This document shows, piece after piece, positions 29,369 through 38,534 of a stretch of DNA of 64,000 nucleotides. This stretch comes from Patescibacteria group bacterium (GTDB lineage Bacteria; Patescibacteriota; Patescibacteriia; PEXW01): contig JBAZBR010000001.1 of assembly GCA_041671325.1 (NCBI GenBank), positions 327,126 through 391,125 on the forward strand, written 5' to 3'. Positions within the stretch are counted from its first letter, which is position 1. Every line of letters begins with the position of its first letter. The notes under the pieces are model-generated. The model searched no databases and had not been told where the DNA came from. It worked only from the letters and a program-made list of their open reading frames with translations. Position numbers and translations under genes: made by a program.

Positions 29369-29965
29369 TTAGTTTGCAAGAATTTCAATTTTTTGCATAA
29401 CATCACCCTGCTGGATCGCTTTAACTACTTCCATGCCTTTGGTGACTTTGCCGAATAAATTGTAACTTTTAGCTAAATTTTTTGTTTGATCAGCTAAAGT
29501 TATAAAAAACTGTGAGCCATTGGTATTTGGCCCAGAATTAGCCATAGCTACCATACCTTCAACATATTCTCCTTTAACTGGTTCATCTTCAAATTTGTAG
29601 CCTGGACCGCCGGTACCGTCGCCTTTAGGGTCTCCACCCTGGATGACAAAGCCTGGGACTACACGATGGAAAGTCAAACCATTATAAAAACCAAGTTCAG
29701 CAAGATAAATAAAGTTGCTAACAGTTTTGGGGGCATTTTTGTTATCTAAATTAAACTCAATTACACCTTTAGAGGTGGTAATCACCGCTTTTTTATCAGC
29801 GATTTTTTCATCGCTTAAAACCCCAGGAAATGCATGAGTCATAGTATTAGTGTTGTTATTTGAATTATTAATGTTTTTTGGCGCAAGGGTGCCAGACCAA
29901 ATAAATATAGCAACCCCAATAATTATTACTAAGGGTATAGATATGTATAAAACCTTTTTTCTCAT
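29369..29965 (-). CDS. Cyclophilin-type peptidyl-prolyl isomerase, membrane-anchored.
   Basis: N-terminal TM helix and FHRVVPGFVIQGGDP. Confidence 0.88.
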   Translation of the reverse strand: MRKKVLYISIPLVIIIGVAIFIWSGTLAPKNINNSNNNTNTMTHAFPGVLSDEKIADKKAVITTSKGVIEFNLDNKNAPKTVSNFIYLAELGFYNGLTFHRVVPGFVIQGGDPKGDGTGGPGYKFEDEPVKGEYVEGMVAMANSGPNTNGSQFFITLADQTKNLAKSYNLFGKVTKGMEVVKAIQQGDVMQKIEILAN

Positions 29966-29966
29966 A

Positions 29967-30500
29967 TTATTTTTTTAATTTATTAGTTAAATCGATTAAT
30001 TCTGAGATAAGCTGTTTTAATTTTTCTTTTATATTTTCATCATAAGCGCCGTTGATTGGAAAAGTTTTTTCAACATTTGGAACTGCAACGCTAGTTGGCA
30101 GTAAATAAACCCCAAAGGTCGGTAGACTTGAACGCATCACTGCTTGGGCTCGAATTCCGCCAATATTACCGTTTGAAACCGAAACCAAGCCAATTATTTT
30201 ATTCTTTATTTCGTATTTCCTTAAATAATCCAGGGCATTCAATATTGCGGGGCATGGCCGAAAATTATATTCAGGAAAAACTAAGATTAAGGCGTCTGGA
30301 GTTTTAATTGCATCAATCCAGGGCTGTTCTTGTTTTGGGTGAGATTCATCATAAATTGGCAAGTTGAAATCAAGCAGATCCAATTCTTTAACTTCAATCG
30401 GGAAATTTTTTGATAAGTCAACCAGGGCTTTAGCTGGTCGAATTGTTGCCCGGTTTTTCCTAACTGAGCCAATTACTATACCAAGTTTAATTTGTTTCAT
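29967..30500 (-). CDS. NADPH-dependent FMN reductase / flavodoxin-like fold protein.
   Basis: KLGIVIGSVRKNR N-terminus and about 180 aa, typical of the NAD(P)H-dependent FMN reductase family. Confidence 0.7.
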   Translation of the reverse strand: MKQIKLGIVIGSVRKNRATIRPAKALVDLSKNFPIEVKELDLLDFNLPIYDESHPKQEQPWIDAIKTPDALILVFPEYNFRPCPAILNALDYLRKYEIKNKIIGLVSVSNGNIGGIRAQAVMRSSLPTFGVYLLPTSVAVPNVEKTFPINGAYDENIKEKLKQLISELIDLTNKLKK

Positions 30501-30566
30501 TTAATTTTACATTATACTAAAGGCATACTAAAATATAATATACTATAATCCTTAAGGAGTAAAAAT

Positions 30567-31358
30567 ATGAAAAAAGTATTCGTCTCGGTTATTTTGACTA
30601 TACTAATCGGCATACCTGTCTATGCCCAAACCAATACTACCGTAGATGTGACAAATCCCATAATCTCGAGTGTTTCAGTTAGTAGTATTACTAAAAATAC
30701 CGCTTTAGTAAGCTGGAAAACCAATGAACCAGCCACGAGTTATGTAGATTTCGGCCCAACAGATATTTACGGAAATACTTTTGGATTGGGAGATTATATC
30801 ACCACCCATAGCGTTTCTCTTTCAAGCATGACTGCTGAAACTTTGTACCATTTCAGGATTCGCTCAAAAGATGCGGCTGGGAATGAGGCGGTTAGCACTG
30901 ATACGACTTTTACGACTTTAGCAAGCACAACTAACACAAACTTAAATACAAATACTGCGGTGAACTCTAATACGAACGCAAAAACCAATTTAAATGGCAA
31001 TATCAACACAAATAAGAATTCCAACGCTAACAAGAATACAAATTTAAACGCAAACAAAAACACTAACTTGAACAGCAATAAGAATACAAATTTAAACAGA
31101 AACGTCAATGTTAATACGAACGTTAATGCTAACCTGAATGGTAATACCAATGAAGATGCAAATTTAAATATTAATGAAGATATTACCAATGCCAATCTTG
31201 TTTCTGAGGCTGATTCAAACACAAATTCAAGCGAGGCCGAGACGACTAATGATGGTCGCATAGGCCTGTTATTGATTGTTGGCGGAGTTATTCTCTTGGT
31301 TGTGATTATAATATTTGCCTGGAAAAAATTAAGGCAACCACCAGCATTACGGCCTTAA
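30567..31358 (+). CDS. Surface protein with a signal peptide, FN3-like domain, Asn-rich low-complexity repeat region and C-terminal TM anchor.
   Basis: Signal peptide. FN3-like segment (ISSVSVSSITKNTALVSWKT ... YHFRIRSKDAAGNE). About 80 aa of NTNLN/NKNTNLN repeats. C-terminal hydrophobic helix followed by KKLRQ. Confidence 0.8.
   Translation: MKKVFVSVILTILIGIPVYAQTNTTVDVTNPIISSVSVSSITKNTALVSWKTNEPATSYVDFGPTDIYGNTFGLGDYITTHSVSLSSMTAETLYHFRIRSKDAAGNEAVSTDTTFTTLASTTNTNLNTNTAVNSNTNAKTNLNGNINTNKNSNANKNTNLNANKNTNLNSNKNTNLNRNVNVNTNVNANLNGNTNEDANLNINEDITNANLVSEADSNTNSSEAETTNDGRIGLLLIVGGVILLVVIIIFAWKKLRQPPALRP
30933..31182 (+). repeat. Imperfect tandem DNA repeats (about 24-27 bp units) encoding the Asn-rich region.
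   Basis: Repeated aacaagaatacaaatttaaacgcaaac-like units. Coding, in frame. Confidence 0.7.
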
Positions 31359-31360
31359 AA

Positions 31361-32425
31361 TTAAAGCGCATTTTCGATTACTGCGCTTCCTAAGCATTCT
31401 TGGTTTTTATAAAAAACTATGAATTGGCCAGGAGTTATGGCTTTGATAGGTTTTTTAAAATCAACTTTAATTTTGCTATTATTTACGTAAAGCCGGCAGC
31501 CTGACAGCGGTTGGCGATATCTAATTCTTGCGGAACATACCAGTTTTTTGATATTTGGTTTTTGGATAATCCAATGAACTTTTTTTATTATTAAACTTTT
31601 ATTTTTTAAAATTGGATCATTTTTTCCAATCGCTACGATTAAGGTGTTGGTTTTTTCAATTTTTCCAGCAACATAGTATGGTTTGGCGCCTGGGATATTT
31701 ATCCCCTGTCTTTGGCCAATAGTATAGAAACTCAAGCCTTTATGCCTGCCAATAATCTGGCCTTTTGAATCCATAACATTTCCAGGTTTTGCTTTTATTT
31801 CCTTACTTAATAAGTTTTTTAGCTTAATTTTCCCAATAAAACAAATTCCTTGGCTATCTGGCTTGCTGGCATTTGGCAATTTAACTTTTAAAGCTATCTT
31901 TCTTACTTGAGTTTTTGTTAAATTTCCAATGGGAAATAAGCTTTTAGATAATTGTTTTTGGTTTAAGAGGCTTAAAAAATAGCTTTGGTCTTTTTTCTTG
32001 TCCACACCTGTTAGCAAATGATAGCCAAATTGGTCATGTTTTATTCTGGCATAATGTCCAGTAGCGACCATGGCGTATCCGTTTTTTAAAGCTCTTTTTA
32101 AAAAAACTCCAAATTTTATTTCTTTATTGCACAAAATATCTGGATTTGGGGTTCGGTTGAAGCGGTATTCTTTATAGAAATATCCAAGAACTAATTTGGA
32201 ATATTGCCTTTCAAAATTCCAGGTTTCAAAAGGGATTTTCAATTTTTGGCAAATCTTTTTTGCATCATCCTGGTCTTTTTTCCAAGGACAATTTTTTTGA
32301 TGGGTTTCCAAGGATTCATAATTTTTCATAAAAACACCCTTAATTTCATGACCTGCTTTTTTCAGCAAAAAAGCTGCAACTGAAGAATCAACTCCGCCAC
32401 TCATGGCCACAATAATTTTAGCCAT
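31361..32425 (-). CDS. mnmA: tRNA-specific 2-thiouridylase MnmA.
   Basis: MSGGVDSSVAA PP-loop, and sequence similarity to MnmA throughout. Confidence 0.9.
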   Translation of the reverse strand: MAKIIVAMSGGVDSSVAAFLLKKAGHEIKGVFMKNYESLETHQKNCPWKKDQDDAKKICQKLKIPFETWNFERQYSKLVLGYFYKEYRFNRTPNPDILCNKEIKFGVFLKRALKNGYAMVATGHYARIKHDQFGYHLLTGVDKKKDQSYFLSLLNQKQLSKSLFPIGNLTKTQVRKIALKVKLPNASKPDSQGICFIGKIKLKNLLSKEIKAKPGNVMDSKGQIIGRHKGLSFYTIGQRQGINIPGAKPYYVAGKIEKTNTLIVAIGKNDPILKNKSLIIKKVHWIIQKPNIKKLVCSARIRYRQPLSGCRLYVNNSKIKVDFKKPIKAITPGQFIVFYKNQECLGSAVIENAL

Positions 32426-32426
32426 A

Positions 32427-34844
32427 TTATTTTACTTTTCGGTAAAAAAAGAAATTACCAGTATTTTGGATTAATTTGTAACTTGGATCTTTGGCTAAGT
32501 CCTCAGCTTGTAAATGATTTCTTTGCCATTCCAAAGTACCGGCTTTGGCCATTAAAATGAAAATATAATCAGCTTCCCCTATGCCTTGTGGAAATTGAAA
32601 TAAATATTGCCTATGGGCAAGTTGTGCGCCAACTGTATTGGTTGCAGAAACTTTGGCTTCAAACGGTACATTTTTTATGGCTTCTTTGACAATTGGGGCC
32701 ATAGGCGCTGGCCAATAAACTCGCATATCTTTGGTTTGGGAATAAGGAAGAGGGCTTAAACGGTAAGATTCAATGGCGGTAGTAATTATTAATAATATTA
32801 AGATACACATTTCTAAACTAAATTTAGAATTTTTTTGAATTTTTATTTGCCACCAGGGGCCAATTCTTTTTTTAATGGCGGCAATACCAAAGATTGTTGA
32901 GATGAATATAAATCCGGTTATAGTCGCTTGATAATGGTAATTAAGCAACCTTGGCTCAATCCGGTCATTGAATAAATTTACGGCAAAGTCTGGCCAAGCT
33001 ATGGCTAAAGTTAAAGGACTAGCTACTGGCAAAAATGCTACAGAGCCAAGTAAGCCGGCATAAAGATGGCGGGCTTGGTTGCCTGCCACCATTGATAAAA
33101 CCAACCTTGGATGCGAAAGCAGGTTTTTGGATATTGATTCAGGTTTATTGCCCAAAGTCTGGTATTGGTAGTTATATTTACTGGGTTGCCAATTCCTGGC
33201 CATTGGCATCAACCAAAATAAATTTAGGCTTAAATAAGCAAGCGACAAAATAATTATTGTTATGGCTTTTCGCCATTCTTTCCGTTCGTGCCATAAAATG
33301 AATATGCCGAAGGTTGCCACCATCAAGACCAATTCTTCTTTGCACATTGCCAATAATATTGAAAATAGAATAAATGTTTTCCAGCGTTTTTCAAGATAAG
33401 CAAGCATCATGCCTAATGAAAAAGTTGCTCCAAGGGTTAAAGCATGGAAATCAAACATCAGTGCCCTTTGCAAAGTTGGATAAAATAAATAAGCCAAAGC
33501 TAAAACTGCTGACAGCCATTCATGGCCAAGAATTTTTTTTGCAAGACGGAACACTAGCCAACCACCATAAGCCACAACTAGAACCTGAATGATTAATAGA
33601 ATATAGGGGCTTGAATAAATCCAATACAAAGGGGCAAAGAGCACTAAAATTAGGTCTGCATGATGTATGTACCTTAAAACAACATCTGTCCCATATGGAT
33701 TGGTAAATTGAAAAAACCTGCCCTGGCTGGTGTTCCAGACTACCTGGTCCATATTTCCCAAATCAAAGCGTCCGGTTATAACCTTTGAATGCATTAAGCA
33801 GCCCATAACCGTAAAATAAATTGCAAAAAATAAAATTGCTAAGATTACAACTCCTTTTGGTTTTCGTATAAAATTCCATAACCAAATAACAGGCTTTTTC
33901 AGGTATTTCCAAGCAAAGACTATGACCCAGAAGAATTCGACTAAAGTTAGGCCTAAGCGGGTAAAAGAAGCCACTAGGACCCCTGTAACGCCCAGAGAAG
34001 CCTTTAAAATAGCGGCTACGCTAGCTTCTCTTATTCCAATGCCGCTTGGGGTTATAAAGCTAACGTAGCCTAAAAACCAACCAATCGGCATGGCGGCTAA
34101 TATTAATAAAAACTGGTTTGGATTCAGTTTGAAAAAAGCAAGAGTTAGAAACAAGCCACCGAAGGCGTAAAAAGCCCATCCGACAATTAAGATAGTCAGT
34201 AATTGATAATTTTGAAATATAGAATAAGTAATAATTTCTGCAGGTTTTTTTAGCTTTATAAGTAACCAAGTAATTAGTTTTTTGAATATTTTTGAGAACC
34301 AAAAAATAGCAATAGAACCGATAGCTCCAATTATCACTAAAAGTTTGAACCAATTGGGCAAATCTTTTGCGAATAAACTAAAAATTCCTCCCACAACTAC
34401 TGATGCAGAAAGTAACGAAAGAATTTCCAATAAGGTTGCGTAAAACGATTGGTTTTTTGAAACTCCATATTTTTCACTTTGGCCTATCCGGCCTAAAACA
34501 CTCCAAATATTTCCAGGGACATATCTTGTGAATTCAGAAAGCATGATTATTTCCCCAGACTGTTTAAAACTTATTGAATGTCCAAGATCCCTTAGGATTT
34601 TCTTCCAAGCGTAGATCCTGAAAAAGTAATAAAAACTAAAACCCAAAAAAGCCAAAAATAACCAAAACCAGTTTGGTTTAGTGAAATTTTTTGAAACATC
34701 ATGCCAGTTACCCTGCAAAACTTTTACAAAAAACAAAAGAACAATAATTGATATTGCTAGGGTTAAAGTTCTCCTAATCCTGTTCTTATATTTAAACCAA
34801 AGGTTCATTGCCATTCCATTCGGCCCGAATCGGTAGGTTATCAT
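32427..34844 (-). CDS. Fusion membrane protein: flippase-like (LPG_synthase_TM / UPF0104) N-terminal domain plus DUF2079 GT-C-type glycosyltransferase-like C-terminal domain.
   Basis: N-terminal motifs RYVPGNIWSVLGR and TPSGIGIREASV. C-terminal polytopic region with FDLGNMDQVVWNT. 805 aa, more than 15 predicted TM helices. Confidence 0.7.
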   Translation of the reverse strand: MITYRFGPNGMAMNLWFKYKNRIRRTLTLAISIIVLLFFVKVLQGNWHDVSKNFTKPNWFWLFLAFLGFSFYYFFRIYAWKKILRDLGHSISFKQSGEIIMLSEFTRYVPGNIWSVLGRIGQSEKYGVSKNQSFYATLLEILSLLSASVVVGGIFSLFAKDLPNWFKLLVIIGAIGSIAIFWFSKIFKKLITWLLIKLKKPAEIITYSIFQNYQLLTILIVGWAFYAFGGLFLTLAFFKLNPNQFLLILAAMPIGWFLGYVSFITPSGIGIREASVAAILKASLGVTGVLVASFTRLGLTLVEFFWVIVFAWKYLKKPVIWLWNFIRKPKGVVILAILFFAIYFTVMGCLMHSKVITGRFDLGNMDQVVWNTSQGRFFQFTNPYGTDVVLRYIHHADLILVLFAPLYWIYSSPYILLIIQVLVVAYGGWLVFRLAKKILGHEWLSAVLALAYLFYPTLQRALMFDFHALTLGATFSLGMMLAYLEKRWKTFILFSILLAMCKEELVLMVATFGIFILWHERKEWRKAITIIILSLAYLSLNLFWLMPMARNWQPSKYNYQYQTLGNKPESISKNLLSHPRLVLSMVAGNQARHLYAGLLGSVAFLPVASPLTLAIAWPDFAVNLFNDRIEPRLLNYHYQATITGFIFISTIFGIAAIKKRIGPWWQIKIQKNSKFSLEMCILILLIITTAIESYRLSPLPYSQTKDMRVYWPAPMAPIVKEAIKNVPFEAKVSATNTVGAQLAHRQYLFQFPQGIGEADYIFILMAKAGTLEWQRNHLQAEDLAKDPSYKLIQNTGNFFFYRKVK

Positions 34845-35742
34845 GATCCGAGGACCTGACTAATAATTCAGCTAGTAAGCCGGTAAATACTAATTGAACT
34901 CCAACTAAAGCAATGAAAATTCCAAAAATTAACAATGGCCGAGTACCAATTGATTGGTGAAAAAACAAACGTAATATCGCCAAATAAATTAAAATGATTA
35001 AACCCATAAAACTCAAACTAATTCCCAAACCACCAAAAAGATGCAGGGGCCGACGGTTGTATTTTGTTAAAAACAAAACCGTAATCAGGTCTAACATGCC
35101 CCTCAAATACCTCTTACCCTTATATTTGGTTTCACCGTATTTTCTTGGCCGAGTATGGGTTGGAATCTCAGCAATTTTAAAGCCTTGGCTATTTAAAAGT
35201 ACGGGGATGTAGCGATGCAATTCGCCATATAATTTTAAACTTTTTGCCGCTTCCCGAATATAAATTTTAATAGCGGAATTAAAATCATGAAGTTTTAATC
35301 CGCTTAGTTTTCTAGTTATAAAATTGAAAAATTTTGAAGGTAGGCGCTTTTCCAAATTATCCGGCCGGTCAAATTTCCAACCACTTACCACATCATAACC
35401 TTCAGCCATTTTTTCAAGCATTTTTGGGATTTCATTTGGATCATTCTGTAGATCCGAATCTAGTGTTATGAAAATTTCGCCTTTAGCTTGTTGGAAGGCA
35501 GAATGCAGAGCTGCCGCTTTACCTAGATTTCTTCGATGACAAATTACATGAAGTTTTTTATCCTCCTTGGTTTTTAATTTTAAGTAATCAAAAGATCCAT
35601 CAGTTGATCCGTCATCGACAATGATTATTTCGTATGGAATATTTAAATTTTTACCAGCTTGATGTAGCTCGGAGATTAATTCTGGTAAACTATCTTTTTC
35701 ATTAAAAGCCGGGGCAATAAACGATATGGAGCTTGTCTTCAT
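34792..35742 (-). CDS. GT2 polyprenyl-phosphate sugar synthase (DPM1/ArnC/GtrB-like).
   Basis: IVDDGSTDGS and DSDLQNDP motifs, with two C-terminal TM helices. Confidence 0.85.
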   Translation of the reverse strand: MKTSSISFIAPAFNEKDSLPELISELHQAGKNLNIPYEIIIVDDGSTDGSFDYLKLKTKEDKKLHVICHRRNLGKAAALHSAFQQAKGEIFITLDSDLQNDPNEIPKMLEKMAEGYDVVSGWKFDRPDNLEKRLPSKFFNFITRKLSGLKLHDFNSAIKIYIREAAKSLKLYGELHRYIPVLLNSQGFKIAEIPTHTRPRKYGETKYKGKRYLRGMLDLITVLFLTKYNRRPLHLFGGLGISLSFMGLIILIYLAILRLFFHQSIGTRPLLIFGIFIALVGVQLVFTGLLAELLVRSSDHDNLPIRAEWNGNEPLV

Positions 35743-36265
35743 AACTACACATTAACAAAATCACTTAATTAAATCAATCCAACGCCACTTTTCATAAAAA
35801 TATTACTTGAAAATATAGTTATTTTTATTATTAAGAATATCTAAAACTATCTTAAAATTCATTTTGGAAAGTGGTGTTGGGTCAATTCTGATTAATGAAA
35901 AAATCTTTATTTTCATGACGTATACTTACATCCCAATTGGTTTCCTAGACAATCGAGCTTTTAGCGCCATTATATCAATTTTAGTAAATCTTTTTAAAAG
36001 TATGAAGAAGATGAGATACCTCGGTAATAGTCTTGAATGGCAAAAATACCCTGTCCCAGTACGAGCCATGCTGATTAACCTCTTGGTGGTAAGCGATGAC
36101 AGATGTTGGAAGATCATCCAAAAGTCCTTAAATAAGCCAAAATAACCACATGGACGCGCCTACTCTCCCACAAGACATTAGTAATATCCTTAAAGGCCTC
36201 TTTCCACCCCTGGTTGCCTCTGAGATAATAAAAGTGTTACCGATGACCCCTTCTTATACAAAGTA

Positions 36266-36294
36266 TTGACCGATAATATAATAAATGCTAACAT
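36266..36294 (+). promoter_or_regulatory. Putative promoter of the orphan 96-aa gene.
   Basis: TTGACC, 17 bp, TAACAT. An AAGAGG Shine-Dalgarno sits 7 nt upstream of the ATG at 36341. Confidence 0.4.
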
Positions 36295-36340
36295 ATTTTG
36301 AATATAAACACAGTGTCCTTTTCTAAAAAAGAGGTTTTGT

Positions 36341-36631
36341 ATGAGTAATATAAATGAACAGATTCTTATTTCGATTAAAAAATGGATCGAGGTTAATAAA
36401 CCAGATGATCGCCATTTTTTAACTCAGACCGGAGCCTTAACCGTTGATCAAATAATGAAACAAATCGAAGAAAAAACGGTTTGGGGGCTAGATTTCGCAA
36501 TGGTTGTTAAATTGAAATACTTGGGTTATGTTGCCCGTCATTCTTTGTCCACAGAGGAAGAGAAGGAGCGAATAATTTATACTTTTGTTGCTGAATCCAT
36601 GAAAAATCTTCAAACGCTTTCTGTTCAATAA
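36341..36631 (+). CDS. Small acidic hypothetical protein (96 aa), monocistronic.
   Basis: Good SD (aaaagaggttttgtATG). Its own terminator follows immediately. No family recognised. Confidence 0.6.
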   Translation: MSNINEQILISIKKWIEVNKPDDRHFLTQTGALTVDQIMKQIEEKTVWGLDFAMVVKLKYLGYVARHSLSTEEEKERIIYTFVAESMKNLQTLSVQ

Positions 36632-36648
36632 GAATTATCGAATATAAA

Positions 36649-36680
36649 AACGTGTACCTATTTGGGTTCACGTTTTTTTT
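36649..36680 (+). terminator. Rho-independent terminator, probably bidirectional.
   Basis: AACGTGTACC-TATTTG-GGTTCACGTT followed by TTTTTTTT, with an A-run on the 5' side. A second GC-rich hairpin, CCCCGGAT-N13-ATCCGGGG, lies at 36694-36722. Confidence 0.7.
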
Positions 36681-36875
36681 CTATTCCAGGAAACCCCGGA
36701 TGCAGCAAAGCGGAATCCGGGGAGTAGGTCATTATTTTATAAAATTCGGCATACAATTACATCTCCATGCGAAAATACCGTTGTTATTAATTGAATCTAT
36801 TGCGTTGTTATTATCAAATCGTTCAAATAATAAAAAACGCAAAACACGAGCACAGCCTCAGTAAAAACTGTATTT

Positions 36876-38534
36876 TTAAAATTTAACGGTTTTACCGAAA
36901 GGTATTGCTGCGCTTTGATCGCTTGGTTGTGGAGGCTGAGGCTTGAAATTTTGGTTTTCCCTACGGTTTTGAGGTTTAAAACGGTTTGGCCGAAAACCTT
37001 GATTTCTTGGTGGTCCAAAATTACGATTTCCCTGAAAATGTTGGGCTACAGGCTGTTTGTTTAATTCAGAAAGTTTGATCGGCGAAACTTCAGATTCATT
37101 AATAACTGGCTCTACGGTAACTTCTGGACTTTGAAAAAGGTCTTTGGGGGGTCGTTTCTTTTTGCCTTCGGTTCGATAAATGGATTCTTCCTTTTCAACT
37201 GCCTGGTTTTCTTCCTCGGCGGAAGCCCGATAAACATCTTCAACCCCACTCCAACGTAAAACTTTTTCTTCAACATCAGCTCGTTTTAATGTATATCGTT
37301 CCCTGGATACGGCAATTACCTTTTCACGATTGTTTGTCGGGATAAGTTCCATCGGCGGTAAAGTGGTGGCGCTGAATGGCTGTGAAGCTACGCCGTCTAT
37401 CATTAATTTCAAATAAACTTCATATTTTGGCAAATTGACCAAATCAACCTGGGTAAAGGTCGGAAAAAATTCTTTTTCTAAAAATTCAGCATCTGCTCCG
37501 CCAACCCGGAAAGCCATAATTGTGCCTACGTTGCCAAAAACTGCAGGGGCAACAGTTTCATCCAGCTGCTCAATGTATTGGTGGGCGATAATTAAATTCA
37601 AGCGGTATTTTCTGGCTTCTGAAAGAATATTGGCAAAACTTTCAGTGGCGAAATTTTGAAATTCATCTACGTACAAGAAAAAATCCGAACGTTCATTTTC
37701 CGGCAAATCCACTCGGCTCATGGCCGCTAATTGTAAACGGGTTATCATCATGGCACCCAATAAAGCCGAATTATCTTCGCCTATCCGGCCTTTAGCCAGA
37801 TTAAAAAGTAAAATTTTATTGCTATCCATTACTTCTCTTAAATCAATCGTACTTTTAGTTTGACCGACGATATTGCGGATAATTGCGCTGGATAAAAATT
37901 GACCGACTTTGTTTTGGATTGGGGCAACAGCTTCATTCCTGAACTTATCGTTATAATTCGCAAATTCATCGACCCAGAAACCTTTTACTATCGGATCGGT
38001 CACTTTAGTTAAGACTCGAGTCCGGTATCGGGCATCAACTAGCATCCTGGCAATGCCAAGCATGGTGGAACCGGGGTATTCCAATAAAGCTAAAATCGTA
38101 TTATTTAATATGTATTCCATCCGGGCGCTCCAGACCCCTTCCCAGATTTTTGTAAAGACACCCATCAAGCCAGAGGCAACTAAATGCCTTTGGGTTTCAT
38201 CAACAGTTTCTAGAACATTAAAACCAATTGGATGCTCAATGTCGGCAGGATTAAAGTAAACAACATCATTAATTCTGTTATTAGGTATGTAATCTAAAAC
38301 TTTTTCAACCAAATCACCGTGCGGATCGACTAGGGCAATTCCGTTGCCTGCATTTAAATCGTTAATTATCATCCGTTCGATTACTGTAGATTTGCCCATA
38401 CCGGTTTTTCCAATCAAATACATATGCCGCCTGCGGTCGTCCGTCTTAATGCCAAAACGCCGGAAATATCCCCGGTAATTGGTTTGGGCAAAAACATTAA
38501 CATCTTTTAAATCGTATGGCATATTATTCGACAA
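36876..38534 (-). CDS. Type IV coupling-protein-like P-loop ATPase (VirD4/TraG/TraD family, TraG-D_C-like), lacking a TM domain.
   Basis: Walker A GKTGMGKST and ALVDPHGDL (DPKGD-like). Walker B LYVDEFQNF, then ARKYRLNLIIAHQYIEQL. Pro/Gln/Asn-rich C-terminal tail. Confidence 0.65.
   Translation of the reverse strand: MSNNMPYDLKDVNVFAQTNYRGYFRRFGIKTDDRRRHMYLIGKTGMGKSTVIERMIINDLNAGNGIALVDPHGDLVEKVLDYIPNNRINDVVYFNPADIEHPIGFNVLETVDETQRHLVASGLMGVFTKIWEGVWSARMEYILNNTILALLEYPGSTMLGIARMLVDARYRTRVLTKVTDPIVKGFWVDEFANYNDKFRNEAVAPIQNKVGQFLSSAIIRNIVGQTKSTIDLREVMDSNKILLFNLAKGRIGEDNSALLGAMMITRLQLAAMSRVDLPENERSDFFLYVDEFQNFATESFANILSEARKYRLNLIIAHQYIEQLDETVAPAVFGNVGTIMAFRVGGADAEFLEKEFFPTFTQVDLVNLPKYEVYLKLMIDGVASQPFSATTLPPMELIPTNNREKVIAVSRERYTLKRADVEEKVLRWSGVEDVYRASAEEENQAVEKEESIYRTEGKKKRPPKDLFQSPEVTVEPVINESEVSPIKLSELNKQPVAQHFQGNRNFGPPRNQGFRPNRFKPQNRRENQNFKPQPPQPSDQSAAIPFGKTVKF

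Noticed and set aside
30933-31182. Periodic DNA repeats that superficially resemble a CRISPR-like array.
   Set aside because: The units are imperfect and only 24-27 bp. They are contiguous without unique spacers and in-frame coding for an NTNLN protein repeat. There are no cas genes.
30794-31261. 155-aa antisense ORF across the Asn-rich repeat region.
   Set aside because: Low-complexity Leu/Phe/Lys-rich translation produced by reading the AAC/AAT-rich tandem repeats in reverse. There is no RBS, and it lies fully inside a well-supported plus-strand gene.
35864-36145. 93-aa ORF (and a 63-aa antisense ORF) in the 600-bp gap.
   Set aside because: No SD or promoter and atypical composition. The two ORFs overlap each other on opposite strands. 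More likely non-coding, but kept as a finding region.
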